DNA from: Octopus vulgaris
Lineage: Eukaryota
Assembly: GCA_951406725.2 (NCBI GenBank)
Contig: OX597821.1
Location: forward strand, 65,286,001-65,350,000
DNA length: 64,000 nt
Reading direction: 5' to 3'
Shown: in pieces, positions 11,529-25,496 of the stretch
Position numbering within the stretch: position 1 is the first letter of the stretch
Layout of the letters: each line of letters opens with the position of its first letter
Program-made: the position numbers and the translations under genes
Notes under the pieces: generated by a model
Seen by the model: the letters and a program-made list of their open reading frames with translations, nothing else
Told to the model about the DNA's origin: nothing
Databases searched by the model: none

Positions 11529-13155
11529 CAGTGGCGGCCAAAATGTTCAGAACGGCATTGTTTTCGTCAGAAAAGTAGATACAATTTTTTTATCAAAGTT
11601 GTTTTATATTCTTTAATTTTCACAGACAATAAATACGATATTATTTGTTATTGCCTGAGATTTTGGTGTAATTTGAGAGGATAATACAAAAGTTATGGAT
11701 GATTTAGTGATTTACTGCAAAACCCATGGGGGCCAAAATGATCAGAACGGTTGCTTTTACTCTGTGTTTTAGTATATTTAACCGGCGAACTCTAATGTTT
11801 TGAATTTGTTTACGTGACGGTTCGTTTACTAAACATTAGTAAGAATATTTGCAGTGTACTTTGTTAATATAATGCCACTTACTCCGTTACCAATTCGTCA
11901 GCAGATTATTAAGCTTCGAAGGAAGGATAATTTAAGTATTGGATCTATTGCAAAGATTGTTAACAAGTCAAAAAGTGTTGTACACGGTATTCTTAAGGTC
12001 TACTATGATTGTGGTTCGTGTGAAGCAAGAAAGTTTACAGGTAGGCCAAGAAAAACGACCAAGAGAGAAGATCGTGCTATGGTAAAGTTGGTTAAAAGGA
12101 CAGATTTAAACTGCTGCTGCTGTTTCTCGGAAAATGAGCATTGTATTGAAGAAAACTTTATCTCGAAAAACTCTGTCTCGTCGTTTAGTTGAACATGACC
12201 TACAAGCAAGAGCACCTGCAGTGAAGCCACTGATCAGCTCCAAGAATAAAAGTGTCGTCTTACCTTTGCAACCGAACATGTGTTGTGGTCTCAAGAAAAA
12301 TGGCAAACGGTGCATTTCAGTGATGAATCTAAATTTATGTTATTTGGCTCAGATAGGAAAAGGTATGTTCGTAGAAAAGTAGGTGAAAAATTGTCACCTA
12401 AATGCCTTAAGGCTAGTGTTAAATTCGGTGGAGGAAGTGTCATGGTTTGGGGAATGATATCTGGAGATGGTGTGGGCCCTTTGGTGCGATTACATGGAAA
12501 GGTAAATACAGGAGTTTATAAACAACTTGTAAAAGTTCATGTCTTGCCTGTGCTAAGAAATTCAACTAAGCGACCACCCATATTCATGCAGGACAATGCC
12601 CCATGTCACAAGGCTAAGGTGGTCATGAACTTCTTCAAGGCTGAAAAGGTTATTGTTATGGATTGGCCTGCTCAAAGCCCAGATCTCAATCCTATTGAAA
12701 ATGTATGGAATATTCTAGGAGAACGTTCGAAAGCCAGAAATCCTAAAACAACTGAGCAATTATGGAATGCCCTTCAGGAAGAATGGAATAAGATCAGCCA
12801 GCAAGAAATCGAAAATTTAATTTCCTCATGCAGTCGAAGATGTCAGAGTGTGATTGAAGCTAAAGGGCTTCACACTAAATATGAAATAATTCCAGTATTC
12901 TCTGGCATTTTTGATTATATTGTTATTTTTTCAACCGTTCTAATAATTTTGGCCGCCATGGGTTTTGCAGTAAATCACAAAATCATCCATAACTTTTGTA
13001 TTATCCTCTCAAATTACACCAAAATCTCAGACACTAACAATTAATATTGTATTTATTGTCTGCGAAAATTATAGAATATAAAACAACTTTGATAAAAACT
13101 TATAACTACTTTTCTGACGAAAACAATGCCGTTCTGAACATTTTGGCCGCAAATG
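11529..13155 (+). mobile_element. Full-length Tc1 (DD34E) DNA transposon, IR/DR type
   Basis: TA|CAGTGGCGGCCAAAATGTTCAGAACGG ... CCGTTCTGAACATTTTGGCCGCAAATG|TA. TIRs of ~225 bp (11529-11753 / 12931-13155), each with an inner repeat of the terminal motif. Confidence 0.95.
11872..13044 (+). pseudogene. Tc1 transposase, frameshifted as assembled
   Basis: N-terminal HTH, GRPRK, FSDESKF, GGSVMVWG, QDNAPCH and SPDLNPIENVW; I counted 34 residues between the second D and the E. Three apparent single-A losses between 12095 and 12255; no stop after GLHTKY (~12882). Confidence 0.92.
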
Positions 13156-13354
13156 TATATATATATATATATATATATAATAACTTTATAAATACAAAGG
13201 TAAAATTATTGAATAATTTATACCACTGGTTAGCATACATATTTTAAAAATATAATAGTGTATGAAATACACACGGAGAGAAAATCATCTTGTGGATTTT
13301 TTACATGCCAAAAATGGCAGTCAAAGCCCAAATCCACCAGAAACAAACTTATAT

Positions 13355-14065
13355 TTTTTTCTACTCTAAGCACAAAGCCCGAAAGTTAGATTGACCTCAG
13401 TACATAATTGGTAGTTAGTTTATTGACCGCAAAAGGATGAAAGGCAAAGTCGACCTCAGCGGAATTAGAACTCAGAACATGAAGACAGACGAAATACCAC
13501 TAAGCATTTTGCCCGTTGTGCTAACGTTTCTGATTGTTTTTATTGCCCACAAGTGGCTAAATACAAAAGGGACAAACAAAGGGATTAAGCCGATTACATC
13601 GACCCCAGTGCGTAACTGGTTCTTAATTCATCGACCCCGAAAGGATGAAAGCCAAAGTGGACCTCGGCGGAATTTGAACTCAGAGAGTAAAGACAGATGA
13701 AATACCTATTTATTTACTGCCCACAAGGAGCTACACACAGAGGGGACAAACAAGGACAGACAAGCAGATTAAGTCGATTACATCAACCCCAGTGCGTAAC
13801 TGGTACTTATTTAATCGGGATCTTTTCCTTTTGATGGACGGAATTCAACACAATTTCTAGTTAACTAAAATATTTGAAACTTCGTATACTGGTAGAATGT
13901 GTCAAAAGAAAACATTATTTTCACTTGGCTTTTTTGATAAATTTGTAATTTGTAAGTTTAACGTAGTTTAATTCTTCGAATTTTAACCAATGAATTGCCA
14001 GCATTTGAGCTCAAATCATTTGCTGCGTCTAAAAACTCAGACATCCTGTTACAACGTAAACAGCG

Positions 14066-14129
<64 letters not shown>

Positions 14130-14808
14130 TTATTCATCCTTCTCTCTTCTGTCTGTCTCGCTCATTGATATTGATAAACAAACGAGGAGGCATGTGCTCG
14201 AAATAACAGCACGATGAATTTCGTCGTCCAATAAAAATATTAATGATATTTTTTGAATATCTTCTTTATTTTTTTTACCGAAAAGACTTCTCCCATGGTT
14301 TTGAAGGGCCAAAAACAACAAAAACAAAACAATAATATGCCTAAATCGGTCTAGAGTGGGATATGAGGGTGCGCGTGGAGTGTGGGTCGTATTGTAAAAA
14401 TTTGCGAAATATTTTTTCATAAAAGGATGCCCCAGCTTGTCGGAGGCTGTGATAAAAATTGGGAAAAAATCCTCGACACCAGTGCGTAATTGGTACTTAA
14501 TTTATCGACCCCGAAACGATGAAACATTGCCCCCCCCCCCATTTCTGGTTTATTTACCTTTTGTGTAAATTTGTTCCGGCAAGGGGCAAAACACAGAGGG
14601 GACAAAGCATGAGATACAAAAGTATTAAGTCGATTCTATCGACACCAGTGCGAACTCACGAACATGTATGTATGCTTGTGTGCGTATGTGTGTGTATGTA
14701 TATCTCCGTTTGTATGTGTGTGTACGTGTGTATGTGTGTGTACGCTTATATATTAATTACTATGTGCTTGTGCAAATGTATATGAATGTGTTTGAGAGAG
14801 AGAGAGTG

Positions 14809-14849
<41 letters not shown>

Positions 14850-15270
14850 AAGTGTACGTGTGTATGTATCTGAATATATGAGTGTGTGTATGCGGCGTGC
14901 GTCTTCTCGTTTGTTTATCAATATTGATAACGCAGCAAATGATTTGAGCTCAAATGCTGGAAATTCATTGGTTAAAATTCGAAGAATTAAACTACGTTAA
15001 ACTTACAAATTACAGTTTTCTCAAAAAAGCCAAGTGAAAATAATGTTTTCTTTTGACACATTCTACCAGTATACGAAGTTTCAAATTGCTTAGTTAACTA
15101 GAAATTGTGTTGAATTCCGTCCATCAAAAGGAAAAGATCCTTTAATCGACTCCGAAAGGATGAAAGGCAAAGTCGACCTCGGCGGAATTTGAACTCAGAA
15201 CGTAACGGCAGACGAAATACCGCTAAGCATTTCGCTCAGCCTGCTAGCGTTTCTGCCAGCTCACCGCCTT
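13355..15270 (-). mobile_element. SINE family B multimer, split by a TIR element at 13818-15140
   Basis: The SINE body TGGTACTTATTTAATCG continues as ACTCCGAAAGGATGAAAGGC across the insertion. Confidence 0.85.
13818..15140. mobile_element. Non-autonomous long-TIR transposon (Merlin- or MULE-like)
   Basis: TIRs of ~210 bp, GGATCTTTTCCTTTTGATGG... / ...CCATCAAAAGGAAAAGATCC. 8-bp TSD TTTAATCG at 13810-13817 and 15141-15148. Confidence 0.9.
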
Positions 15271-16069
15271 AAACATACTTACATTAAAGCAAGTGCTTTA
15301 TTGTAAGAAGATTTTTTTCGTGGTTTGGGGCTTTGACTCCCATTTTTATCATGTAAGAAATCTTTTTCTCTCCGTGTATATTTTATACACTATTAACACA
15401 CACACACACACACATTAGCAAATGCGATTTGTACGCATGTATATTTCTGGGGACATTGTTAAGTGAATAGGTTTGCTTGTCTGAGTGTGCGTAAGTGCAT
15501 GCAAGATGGAAAAAAAAGAAACTGACGCTAGAATAACTGGATGTTCATGTGTAAATTTTATCATGGTCCGTATATATACAGTTCTTATGCAATAGATAAT
15601 GCGCTGCGCTTTATATAATATACGTGTTTAAAGACATTTAGGAACTTACATCAATGATGTATTTGAGAGGGCTCATAATTGTTAAATGTTGTAAATGTGT
15701 TGCCGACGGAGGCAAATGTTATCTGCGAGAGAAGAAAGGTTCAAATTGAAAACGGAAATTTAGAACACGGTTAAGGTAATAGCGTTGGAAATGGATTCTG
15801 TAACGGAAATTGTGTAGGTTTCTGATGAGGCAGGTTGATGTATTTAACAGCGAATGAATACTAACACATATAAATATATAATATCAAAATAAATACACAA
15901 TCGACAACAAGAAACATTTGTGCAATGTATACTGTGCTTAAACCTGTAATGTATAATAAATCATATACGATAATATACAATAGTTTGTTGTATTCTCTGT
16001 AGATATTCGGCTGTATCGACAGTGATGCGAAACTCAAAATGATAGACTAAAGATATATAATTATTTGCA

Positions 16070-16512
16070 AGGCAGGGAGCTGGCAGAAGCGTTAGCACGC
16101 CGAAGTGAAATGCATAGCCGTATTTCGTCTGTCGTTACGTTCTGGGTTCAAATTCTGCCGAGGTCGACTTTGCCTTTCATCCTTTCGGGGTCGATAAATT
16201 AAGTGCTAGTTTCCGCACTGGTGTCGATGTAATTGATTCAATCCCTTTGTCTGTCCTTGTTTGTCCCCTCTATGTTTTAGCCCCTGGTGGGTATTAAAGA
16301 AACAGATATATAATTATTTGCGTCTTTCTGTTCGTATATATATATATATTTATATTGGTTTCAAATTTTGACACCAGGCCAGTAGTATTAGTGGAGCGGA
16401 TAAGTCGATTACGTCGATCCAGTGTTCTACAGGTACTTATTGTATTGATCTCGAAAGGACGAAAAGCAACGTCGACCTCGGCGGAATTTGAACTCAGAAC
16501 GTAAAGACAGAC
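16070..16512. mobile_element. Two SINE B copies tail to tail (+ 16070-16305; - 16350-16512)
   Basis: Family B motifs in both orientations. Confidence 0.85.
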
Positions 16513-16537
16513 GTATATATCTATATTTATATCTGTA

Positions 16538-17883
16538 CTAGCAGAGATACTCGGCGTTGCCCGGTTACATTCAATTGAAGAATTAGACTTTTCTGTTATA
16601 TCTTCTGTAATGAACTGGAATATCAATGTTTCGAATTTCATCAAAATTACAGATGAGGGTTATTTTCCTCTTTACACACCCTAAAAAAATTGTAATCGTG
16701 CCACATGTATTCCATACTACTGATTTTTATGCGCATATTCCAAAATTGCAGTCTTATTGAACCTGTTAAAAAGATTTTGCTCCTGAAAAATGAAGGTCAT
16801 GGAGCTCTAAAATGTGAGAGTTAAGGCCCCTGTTGGGGGTGGGCATCTTAATGTCAACCAGAGATGTTGAATTGTTGAAAATCTTTTTAACTTGGGTCTT
16901 ATATCTATTGTTTGAATTTCTTTGAAATAGAAAATATATGTTCACTGGGTTTGTTTGAATTTCTTTGAAATAGAAAATATATGTTCACTGGGTTTGTAAA
17001 AGCTACAGGAAACCAAAAGACGAATGATCACAATAAGCCCTCAGTTACCCTACCTAGTCGTTACCACTCCCAATGTAGGATTCCTCACCATCCAGGTGAC
17101 AGTCACAGCCGTAAGATGCATTACGAATCTATAGCAATTGGAAGGGCGTGACCCAACTGAAATCAACATTAACAACTGTGTGACGTGAGGGCTAAGGAGA
17201 AATTAAAGTGTCACCTCTGGAGTTTGCAAATGACCACTATACTGATACGTAACTGGACAGAATAAATTAAAAATCTATAAATGTCTTTGAATAACCAGTC
17301 ACTCATCTTGGAAGGCCTTGAAATCAGTGTTACCATCTGGGGACTATGTCTGACTGAGTGATAATAAAGAGACTGAAAGGTCTGCAATCAATTAACTTTA
17401 CTCAACACTTTGCAACTGAATCAGTGGAGGCAAAGATGCCTCTCATTTACTTGACAATTTATGCACCACATTGCAGAAATCACAATGTAAGTGTATGTCA
17501 AAGCAAACTGTTACACTGTTGTAGCACTGAATTAGAAATAATGCCCAACTTTTATGCTCGGGTAACCCTAAAGCTTCCAAGAGCATAACTGTATACGTCT
17601 TTGCTAAGATAAAATGACAAAATTGTGGGTGTTAAGTCCCCGTGGAGGGGTCTTTCTATCTTTGTAAGAAGATGAAATTTTATAAATATTACTTCATTTG
17701 TGTCTAATATTTATGGTTAAAATTTCATCAACAGCAAAAATATATGAATTGTCATGGGGGTTATGGCCCTTATGCATAGAATATAATTTCCAAATTTCAT
17801 AAAGATCCATTCAGTACTTTTGACCTAGTTTTGGATCATAAAAGAAATGACTAAAATTTGGGAGTTAAGGCCCCTCATTAGGG

Positions 17884-17960
<77 letters not shown>
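16538..17960 (-). mobile_element. Non-autonomous Helitron, ~1.4 kb
   Basis: Minus-strand 3' end CCGGGCAACGCCGAG...CTGCTAG|T. Probable 5' end A|TC(TC)n(TA)nAAA near 17960, boundary uncertain. Confidence 0.6.
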
Positions 17961-17962
<2 letters not shown>

Positions 17963-18277
17963 CACACACACACACACACATACAAAGATAAATTGATAGA
18001 TACAACTAAGTGGGCAAACAAAAATATGAGACACAGCCTAGTGCATTTTTATGTTGATAAGCCTAGTACTTATTCTATTAGTCTGTTCTTGTGAAACCAG
18101 TAAGTTATGTGGATGTAAATATATGAACAGCAATTGTGAAACAGTGATGAGGGCGAAACACAGAGACAAAGACACACACATACACTTGCATATATACATA
18201 CATATCTATACGATTGATTTGTTTCAGTTCCTGTCTATGAAATCCATATATATTTTTGTTGGCATCCTTTTTGTCTC

Positions 18278-18480
18278 GGGAGACAATGGAGTTGCGCATA
18301 AAATAATCAAGTCCGGCTTTTACATTTCATGTCCTAATACATTTCCTGCTGTGGCTGTGTAGTCCTATCCTGGACAAACACTCCCTCTGGCAGGTGCCGC
18401 AAATTTAGCGAAGACTTTGCCTGGCTGGTTGTATCTTATATTTTACAGAGAAATTGGAAGCCCCGAATGTAAGCCACCAC
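18278..18480 (-). mobile_element. SINE-like repeat with RTE-type 3' tail
   Basis: The minus strand ends CCATTGTCTCCCGAGACAAAAAGGATGCC, a stem-loop + GATGCC tail like that of the RTE end at 5068-5105. Confidence 0.5.
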
Positions 18481-19147
18481 TTTATGCATAATTCAATATT
18501 TATAGTTCTCAATTTCTAACTGAAATTCTGTCCTCAATAATTATAGATCCCTATTTCTAGATACAATTCTTTTTCTTCTCGTTCAGCTTATAACTATAAG
18601 TCGCATTCTTGTCTATCTCTTGACAAAGCTTTTTTTCACCATGTCACCTCGGAAGGGTTAAACAGCCCTTACCGAATGTTTTCACTGTCCTGTTTTTGTT
18701 AGCAGCTTTGAGGTTCCACGTATCTCAAATTTTATTTAATTTGATTTGTGGGAGCAATTGCTTTGACGAAAACGCATCTTGTTGCAATGCTCGCAATGCG
18801 GAGTAGGTAAAACTGCCAGCAACTGAGGAAGGGCTGTTTTTTTAATGCTGCCTTCGCGCTATAGTTCTATATATATAATTGAAATCCGGCCCGGCCCCAG
18901 CCTAGCCCAGCCCAGCCTTTTTTTACTGTACTGTATCAAAAAATTTAAATTATTTGTTTGTAAGCTTAAAATAGGATTTTATTAACCAGGTATTATTGAA
19001 AATGCATTCATAAATAAAGTACAGAACTGGGAATGATTATTATCGGTTTAGACTAGAGATAAGTAAATTCGGCCTAGACTAGATTTAAGTTAGTTCAACT
19101 TACGTCGTGTCTCCTGGAACCAATTAACGACGTAGAGTGAAGTATTC

Positions 19148-19207
<60 letters not shown>

Positions 19208-19453
19208 TAAATAAAACATATGCATATATACATACATATATGTACGTACCTACTTCTACATGTATATATATACACGCATACATGGGTATAGGACACCAAA
19301 AAAACGTCGAACACAATGAGAAACGAAAACATAAATACAAAACCAAGGAACTGGACATTTTTCTTAAACAGCAAAAAAATAGAGTACAGGACAAATAACA
19401 CAAGGAAAATTCCCCTTCTTCAGTCGCCATGGTTTCATCTACTCTGCGTTTCG

Positions 19454-19582
<129 letters not shown>

Positions 19583-19802
19583 TGAGTAGACGAACGAAAG
19601 AAGGGCACTCAACACATTTACTGGGAGTTACATGTATAGATCAAAATAGTCTGAGAGATAATTCTTGGTACTCTGAGTTTCAACTCAGTGGCTAGTCTTC
19701 AGTCATTGGGGTGTGAATGAGAGTTCGATTGAAGAAAGCATTGTTGTCTCTTCATTGCAAACTGCGTGTCATACATTCATGAATAGGCGCTCAGCAGTTT
19801 GG

Positions 19803-19856
<54 letters not shown>

Positions 19857-19903
19857 TTGAGATAAAACCTAATTTTTCCTGCAAATTTGGATTTACTCCC
19901 TAA

Positions 19904-19958
<55 letters not shown>

Positions 19959-19980
19959 ATATATATATATATATATATAT

Positions 19981-20378
19981 AGGCGCAGGAGTGGCTGTGT
20001 GGTAAGTAGCTTGCTAACCAACCACATGGTTCCGGGTTCAGTCCCACTTGGCATCTTGGGCAAGTGTCTTCTGCTATAGCCCCGGGCCGACCAATGCCTT
20101 GTGAGTGGATTTGGTAGACGGAAACTGAAAGCACCCTGTCGTATATATGTATATATATATATATGTGTTATGTATGTGTTTGTGTGTCTGTGTTTGTCCT
20201 CCTAGCATTGCTTACATATGCTGGTGTGTTTACGTCCCCGTCATAGTGGTTCGGCAAAAAAGACCGATAGAATAAGTACTGGACTTACAAAGAATAAGTC
20301 CCTGGGTCGATTTGCTCGACTAAAGGCGGTGCTCCAGCATGGCCGTAGTCAAATGACTGAAATAAATAAAAGAGTAAA

Positions 20379-20380
<2 letters not shown>
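19981..20380 (+). mobile_element. SINE family A
   Basis: AGGCGCAGGAGTGGCTGTGTGG...AGAGTAAAG; flanked by (TA)n on both sides. Confidence 0.92.
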
Positions 20381-20425
<45 letters not shown>

Positions 20426-21139
20426 AAATGGGCCAAGAACGCAAAACATTCAAATAGACGATACAAAAAACACGGACTCTAATCTTCAGTCAAGAACCGG
20501 ATCATCCTCGCAATTTCGGCTGATTAATCTTGAGATTGCTACAATCTGGCCAGCCCCAAGGAAAAACTAAGCTAAGAGCATTAGATTCTTTGGAAAAAGG
20601 ATCGAATGTATACGAAACAAAGACAGAAAAACGGACGATGTTACACGAATATAAATACAAAAAATAATACGAATATAAATACAAAAAACAATAATAATAA
20701 TAATAACAGGACATAACAACAGGCGCCTTTCAACTTTGACAAATTGAACTCAGCTGGCGTATTTGAAACATAATGCCTTACGGCTGACGAAGAAAGTGGT
20801 GTTATCGTGGCGCTTCTACCAAGATTGGTCCATGCTATGTCTAACTTAATAGCACCACCTGATAGGATTATCTAAATCCTGTTTAAGTCAAGTTTTGTTT
20901 ATGGTCCATTCAAGTAGTGAGTTCTTGTTGAGTGAATTGTGTCCAGATATGCGTGGCTTATCCGGTATTCCTTAAAGAAATCTGTCCAGACTCCGACAAA
21001 GGACGAATAATATCATATTATGAACTGCCTGCTATGATTCATGTAAATAGTTGTATGACTTCCCGTGGTATTTCTGAAATAATATACTCCTGCAAATGGT
21101 TCTATCACGTGATTTTAAAAGAAATATTGAAGATATAGT

Positions 21140-21750
21140 GTTCAGGCATGACTGTATGCGTAAGAGAATCACTTTGGATTCATGTGGTTTCAGATTCAAA
21201 TTCACTGCACGGCCGTCTTGAGCAAGTGTCTTCTATTATAGCCTCAGACAGAGCAATTCATTATTTCTTTATTGCCCACAAGGAGTGAAACGTAGAGGGA
21301 ACAAACAAGAACAGATAAAGGGATCAAGTCGATTATATCGACCCCAGTGCGTAACTGGTACTTAATTTATCGACCCCGAAAGGATGAAAGGCAAAGTAGA
21401 CCTCGGCGGAATTTGATTTCAGAACGTAACGGCAGACGAAATACCGCTAAGCATTTCGCCCGGCGTGGTAACGGTTCTGCCAGCTCGCCGCAGAGCAATT
21501 CCTTGTCAGTGAAATTCATAAAACGAAACTGGGTGGAAGCCGTTGTATAGACTTGTGATTGTGTGTTTATGTTTTGCTTGTACCCACCTCGCTGCTTGAA
21601 AATCAATGTTAGTTTGTTTACATACTCATGTCTGATAGAATCTTTACCAGGCTTAAGAATTAATTAACTGGGTCGATTTGTTCGATTAAAATCACCAAGG
21701 GGGATCCCCAGCATCGCGATAATCCAATGATTGGAACACGCAAAAGATAA
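21140..21750 (+). mobile_element. Old SINE A interrupted by a SINE B
   Basis: Diverged family A head and tail lie on either side of 21260-21490. Confidence 0.7.
21260..21490 (-). mobile_element. SINE family B monomer with TSD
   Basis: 11-bp TSD CAGAGCAATTC at 21249-21259 and 21491-21501. Confidence 0.92.
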
Positions 21751-22883
21751 ACCAAAGCATAACATAAACTAAACGGCAAAATTGGAACGGCTTCAACATG
21801 AATTTGTCCCATGAGGTCAAATGGTTAATACATAGAATATGATGTATTGGATGCGTTTAGGCGCTCGAGAGAGACAAGCTGCTGAAAGAGAACTAGAGGT
21901 ATAGACAAACAAAATTTACTTCCTTCAACATCACAATACAACTGCCTGCGTATCAGTTCTTGATGGTGGGTTTTGTCAAAGCTAAAGACGATGGTGAAAT
22001 CACACAAGCTTTAATCGTGGATTTGAGATAGAAGACTTTCTTTTGTATTCCCAAAGTTGAAATTCAACGTGAAATTTCATCGATTTTCCAGTAGACATGA
22101 GGTCGAAAAAATTTGCTAAAAGAACTGAACTGGTGGAACGCTGAAAAGTTATTCCAAGAGCTGTTTCCAAATCAAGACGAAGACAGAAAAATGTTGTGAT
22201 GGTGGTAGCAGTGCTGGTGGGGGTAGTTTATTCGTATTTTGGGGGTTATTTTGAAAGGGGCACGTCTGATTAAATGATTAAATTGCCTTTGTTTTTTAAG
22301 TTTCGTATATTTACTACAGACTATGGGTGTGAGCGTATATATGCGCGTGTGTGTATGTAAACACATACACACACACACACATATATATATATATACACAT
22401 ATATATATATACATACATATATACAAAGAGAGAGAAAGAGATAGAGATTGCGAGAGAGCAGAGCGACAGAGAGAGAGAGAGAAGTGGAAGGAGTGCCAAA
22501 TAATATATTTATATATGCATAGATCTGTGTTTATGTGTGTGTTTGAACATTGCTTCGCAAGGACGTGCTTCAATTTTTTTCCGCTTTTCATCTTTGTTCT
22601 GTCTATTTTCTATGTTGCGTTTCCCTTCCTATATTTAAATTACGTTTTATCTAATCTCGTCTAATTAATTCATCAGCCAGAGAGAAAACATCAGCGAGAG
22701 CGGCTATTTGGCAAAGGAAACACTAAAAACGAGGAGTATTAATCTAACACTTTATTCTTTGAGTTTATTTTGTCATTAGTCAACAACGACGAGTGAAGTA
22801 AGTGAAGAAAAAGAATAACAATAATACGGTAGTCAAAAGTGCAAAAGCTACACACATAGATTTATAAAAACACACATTCACTC

Positions 22884-22987
<104 letters not shown>

Positions 22988-22992
22988 CAGTT

Positions 22993-23032
<40 letters not shown>

Positions 23033-23161
23033 TATCTAGACGCATGCGCGTACATACATATACTACATATATACAGATACGTACACACACATTGTATATC
23101 TACAAATGTGCAGATGTATATATATATAACAGAATATATATATATATAACAGGATAACAGA

Positions 23162-23192
<31 letters not shown>

Positions 23193-24734
23193 TATATTCT
23201 GTTATTTCGAACACATACATTCACACCCAGGAGCTGATAGTAAGTCAAACATATCAAACCCTTACATATAAAATATACAGAATATTAGCGTTGTGTCAAC
23301 CAACTTACGGCCATATTTTTTTTTCTTATGCTTGCGTCAGTATTTGTCTAACAGTTAAACATAATCACATTGCACCAGTGTTTTGTTTCGTTTTCTTTGC
23401 TGTTTTTCTGTATTTCCTAAATTAAATACGGTTTTCAATGTTTGTTCAAGCTTCTTTACTGAGTCAATACATACATAGATACACATACACACACGCACAC
23501 GCATTTCTATACAAACATACACACACACACACACACTCATATACACATACATGCATATACAATCACAGATACACGCATATATACTCAAATATGTATTGAA
23601 ATACCTACCTACATATATATATGTATGTATATTTATATGTATGTATGTATATATCTATGTATGTATATATGTATGTATATATGTATGTATCTATGTATGT
23701 ATATATGTATGTATATATGTATGTATGTATACATATGCATGTATGTATGTATATATATATATATATACATGTATATCATAATATGTATGTATATATGTAT
23801 GTATGTATATATGTATGTATATATGTATGTATGTATATATGTATGTATATATGTATGTATATATATATACATGTATACATAATTGTGTATATATATTTAA
23901 TACATTTTCTGCATAACATGCAGATATATATATATATATATATACATCTGTACATTTGTAGATATACAATGTGTGTGAACGTATCTGTATATATGTAGTA
24001 TATGTATGTACGCGCATGCGTCTAGATATATTTCAAAACTGGCTGAGAATTCCAGGTGGAACTAAATTTCGCTCGCATTGCCTTCCTACATATTTCAATT
24101 ATCGTATTGACTGTGCTTTCTTTACACTGTCTTGAATGTAGCTTCTAGAAACTATACATCGCGATGAGAGTTTGTTTGTGTAACTATCCAACAATGTTTT
24201 GAATGCAGAAAAGCCTATTTAGCAAACATCTGGGTTTTTTTTTTTGTAATTTGTAAGTCATAGGCATTCTTTCATCTAAACTCATTTCATTATTACGTAA
24301 CATCAGACTGGAGACATGCTGTACATAAACTGCTATATCTAGCAAATGGGAGAGTCTCTATGTGGTCAATCGACTAATTAGAAACGGCAGCGTGCCTATT
24401 TTCTTTCTTTCGAATCTTATCATGCCGTCGCAGTCGTGGAAGACACATCGGTTATATATATATTTATTGTACGTCTGGATGCATTGTGTGTGTGGATAAA
24501 AGATGTCGTTGGCACTGTTGTTCGGTTGGGGTGTATTTTATTATGTAAAGCTCTATCGGAGGCTACTTAAGGCTAAACAAGAAGAATGAGATAGAAGAAG
24601 AAAAGGGAAGAGGTGGAGGAGGTGAGGAAGATGATGATGATGATGATGATGACAACTACGATGACGACGACGACGATCAATATAGGAAGAAGGATAATAT
24701 TGAGAAGAAAGATGATGATGATGATGATGATGGC

Positions 24735-24789
<55 letters not shown>

Positions 24790-25101
24790 CAGATGACGAT
24801 GACGATGATGATAACTACGACGACGACAACGATCAAAATAGGATGAAGGATAATGAGAAGAAGAAGAAGAAAAAGAAAAAGAAGGTGGCGGAGTAGGAGG
24901 AGGAGGGGGAGCAGCAAAAGTAGCAGGAAGAAGAGCAAGAAAACATGATGATGATGATTGTTACGATGACGACGACGACGGCAGCAACATCAACATCAAC
25001 AACGTCGACATTAGTACACGCATGAGACATATTTGAAGGCAAATAGCAAGAATACAGGAAAATCACGTTTCTTTTTCTTACAATTGAAGAATTATATAAC
25101 A

Positions 25102-25395
25102 CTAGCAGTATCGCCCGGCGTTGCTCGGGTTTGTAAGGGAAATAACTATATAAGCATGTTTAGAGAGTTATAGCCAAAAAATAGCAAAAAATGCATTAAA
25201 ATGTAAAAAAATTATGGTAAATTTTTTTTTAAATCGTAGACTCATCGTAGATGCGCGCTAATGCCCAGAAGGGCTCGATATGAATCACGACTATAAGATA
25301 CCCGGTTTTGGTTAAACTGCACCGCAAAATGTGAGAATAGTTAGGAATCTAAATCGTAGGAGACAGATACACAACTTCACTTTTATATATAAAGA
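25102..25395 (-). mobile_element. Short non-autonomous Helitron
   Basis: A|TCTTTATATATAAAAG ... CCCGAGCAACGCCGGG hairpin, CTAG|T. No TSD; same family as 29697-29998. Confidence 0.9.
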
Positions 25396-25496
25396 TTAGG
25401 ATACTATAAATATCGGTACAGAAGCATAAAGTCCTCAGAATCGCTGCAGTTGTCGGGTTCTATTAACATAAAGACACTTTCTTGGTGGAAGCACAT

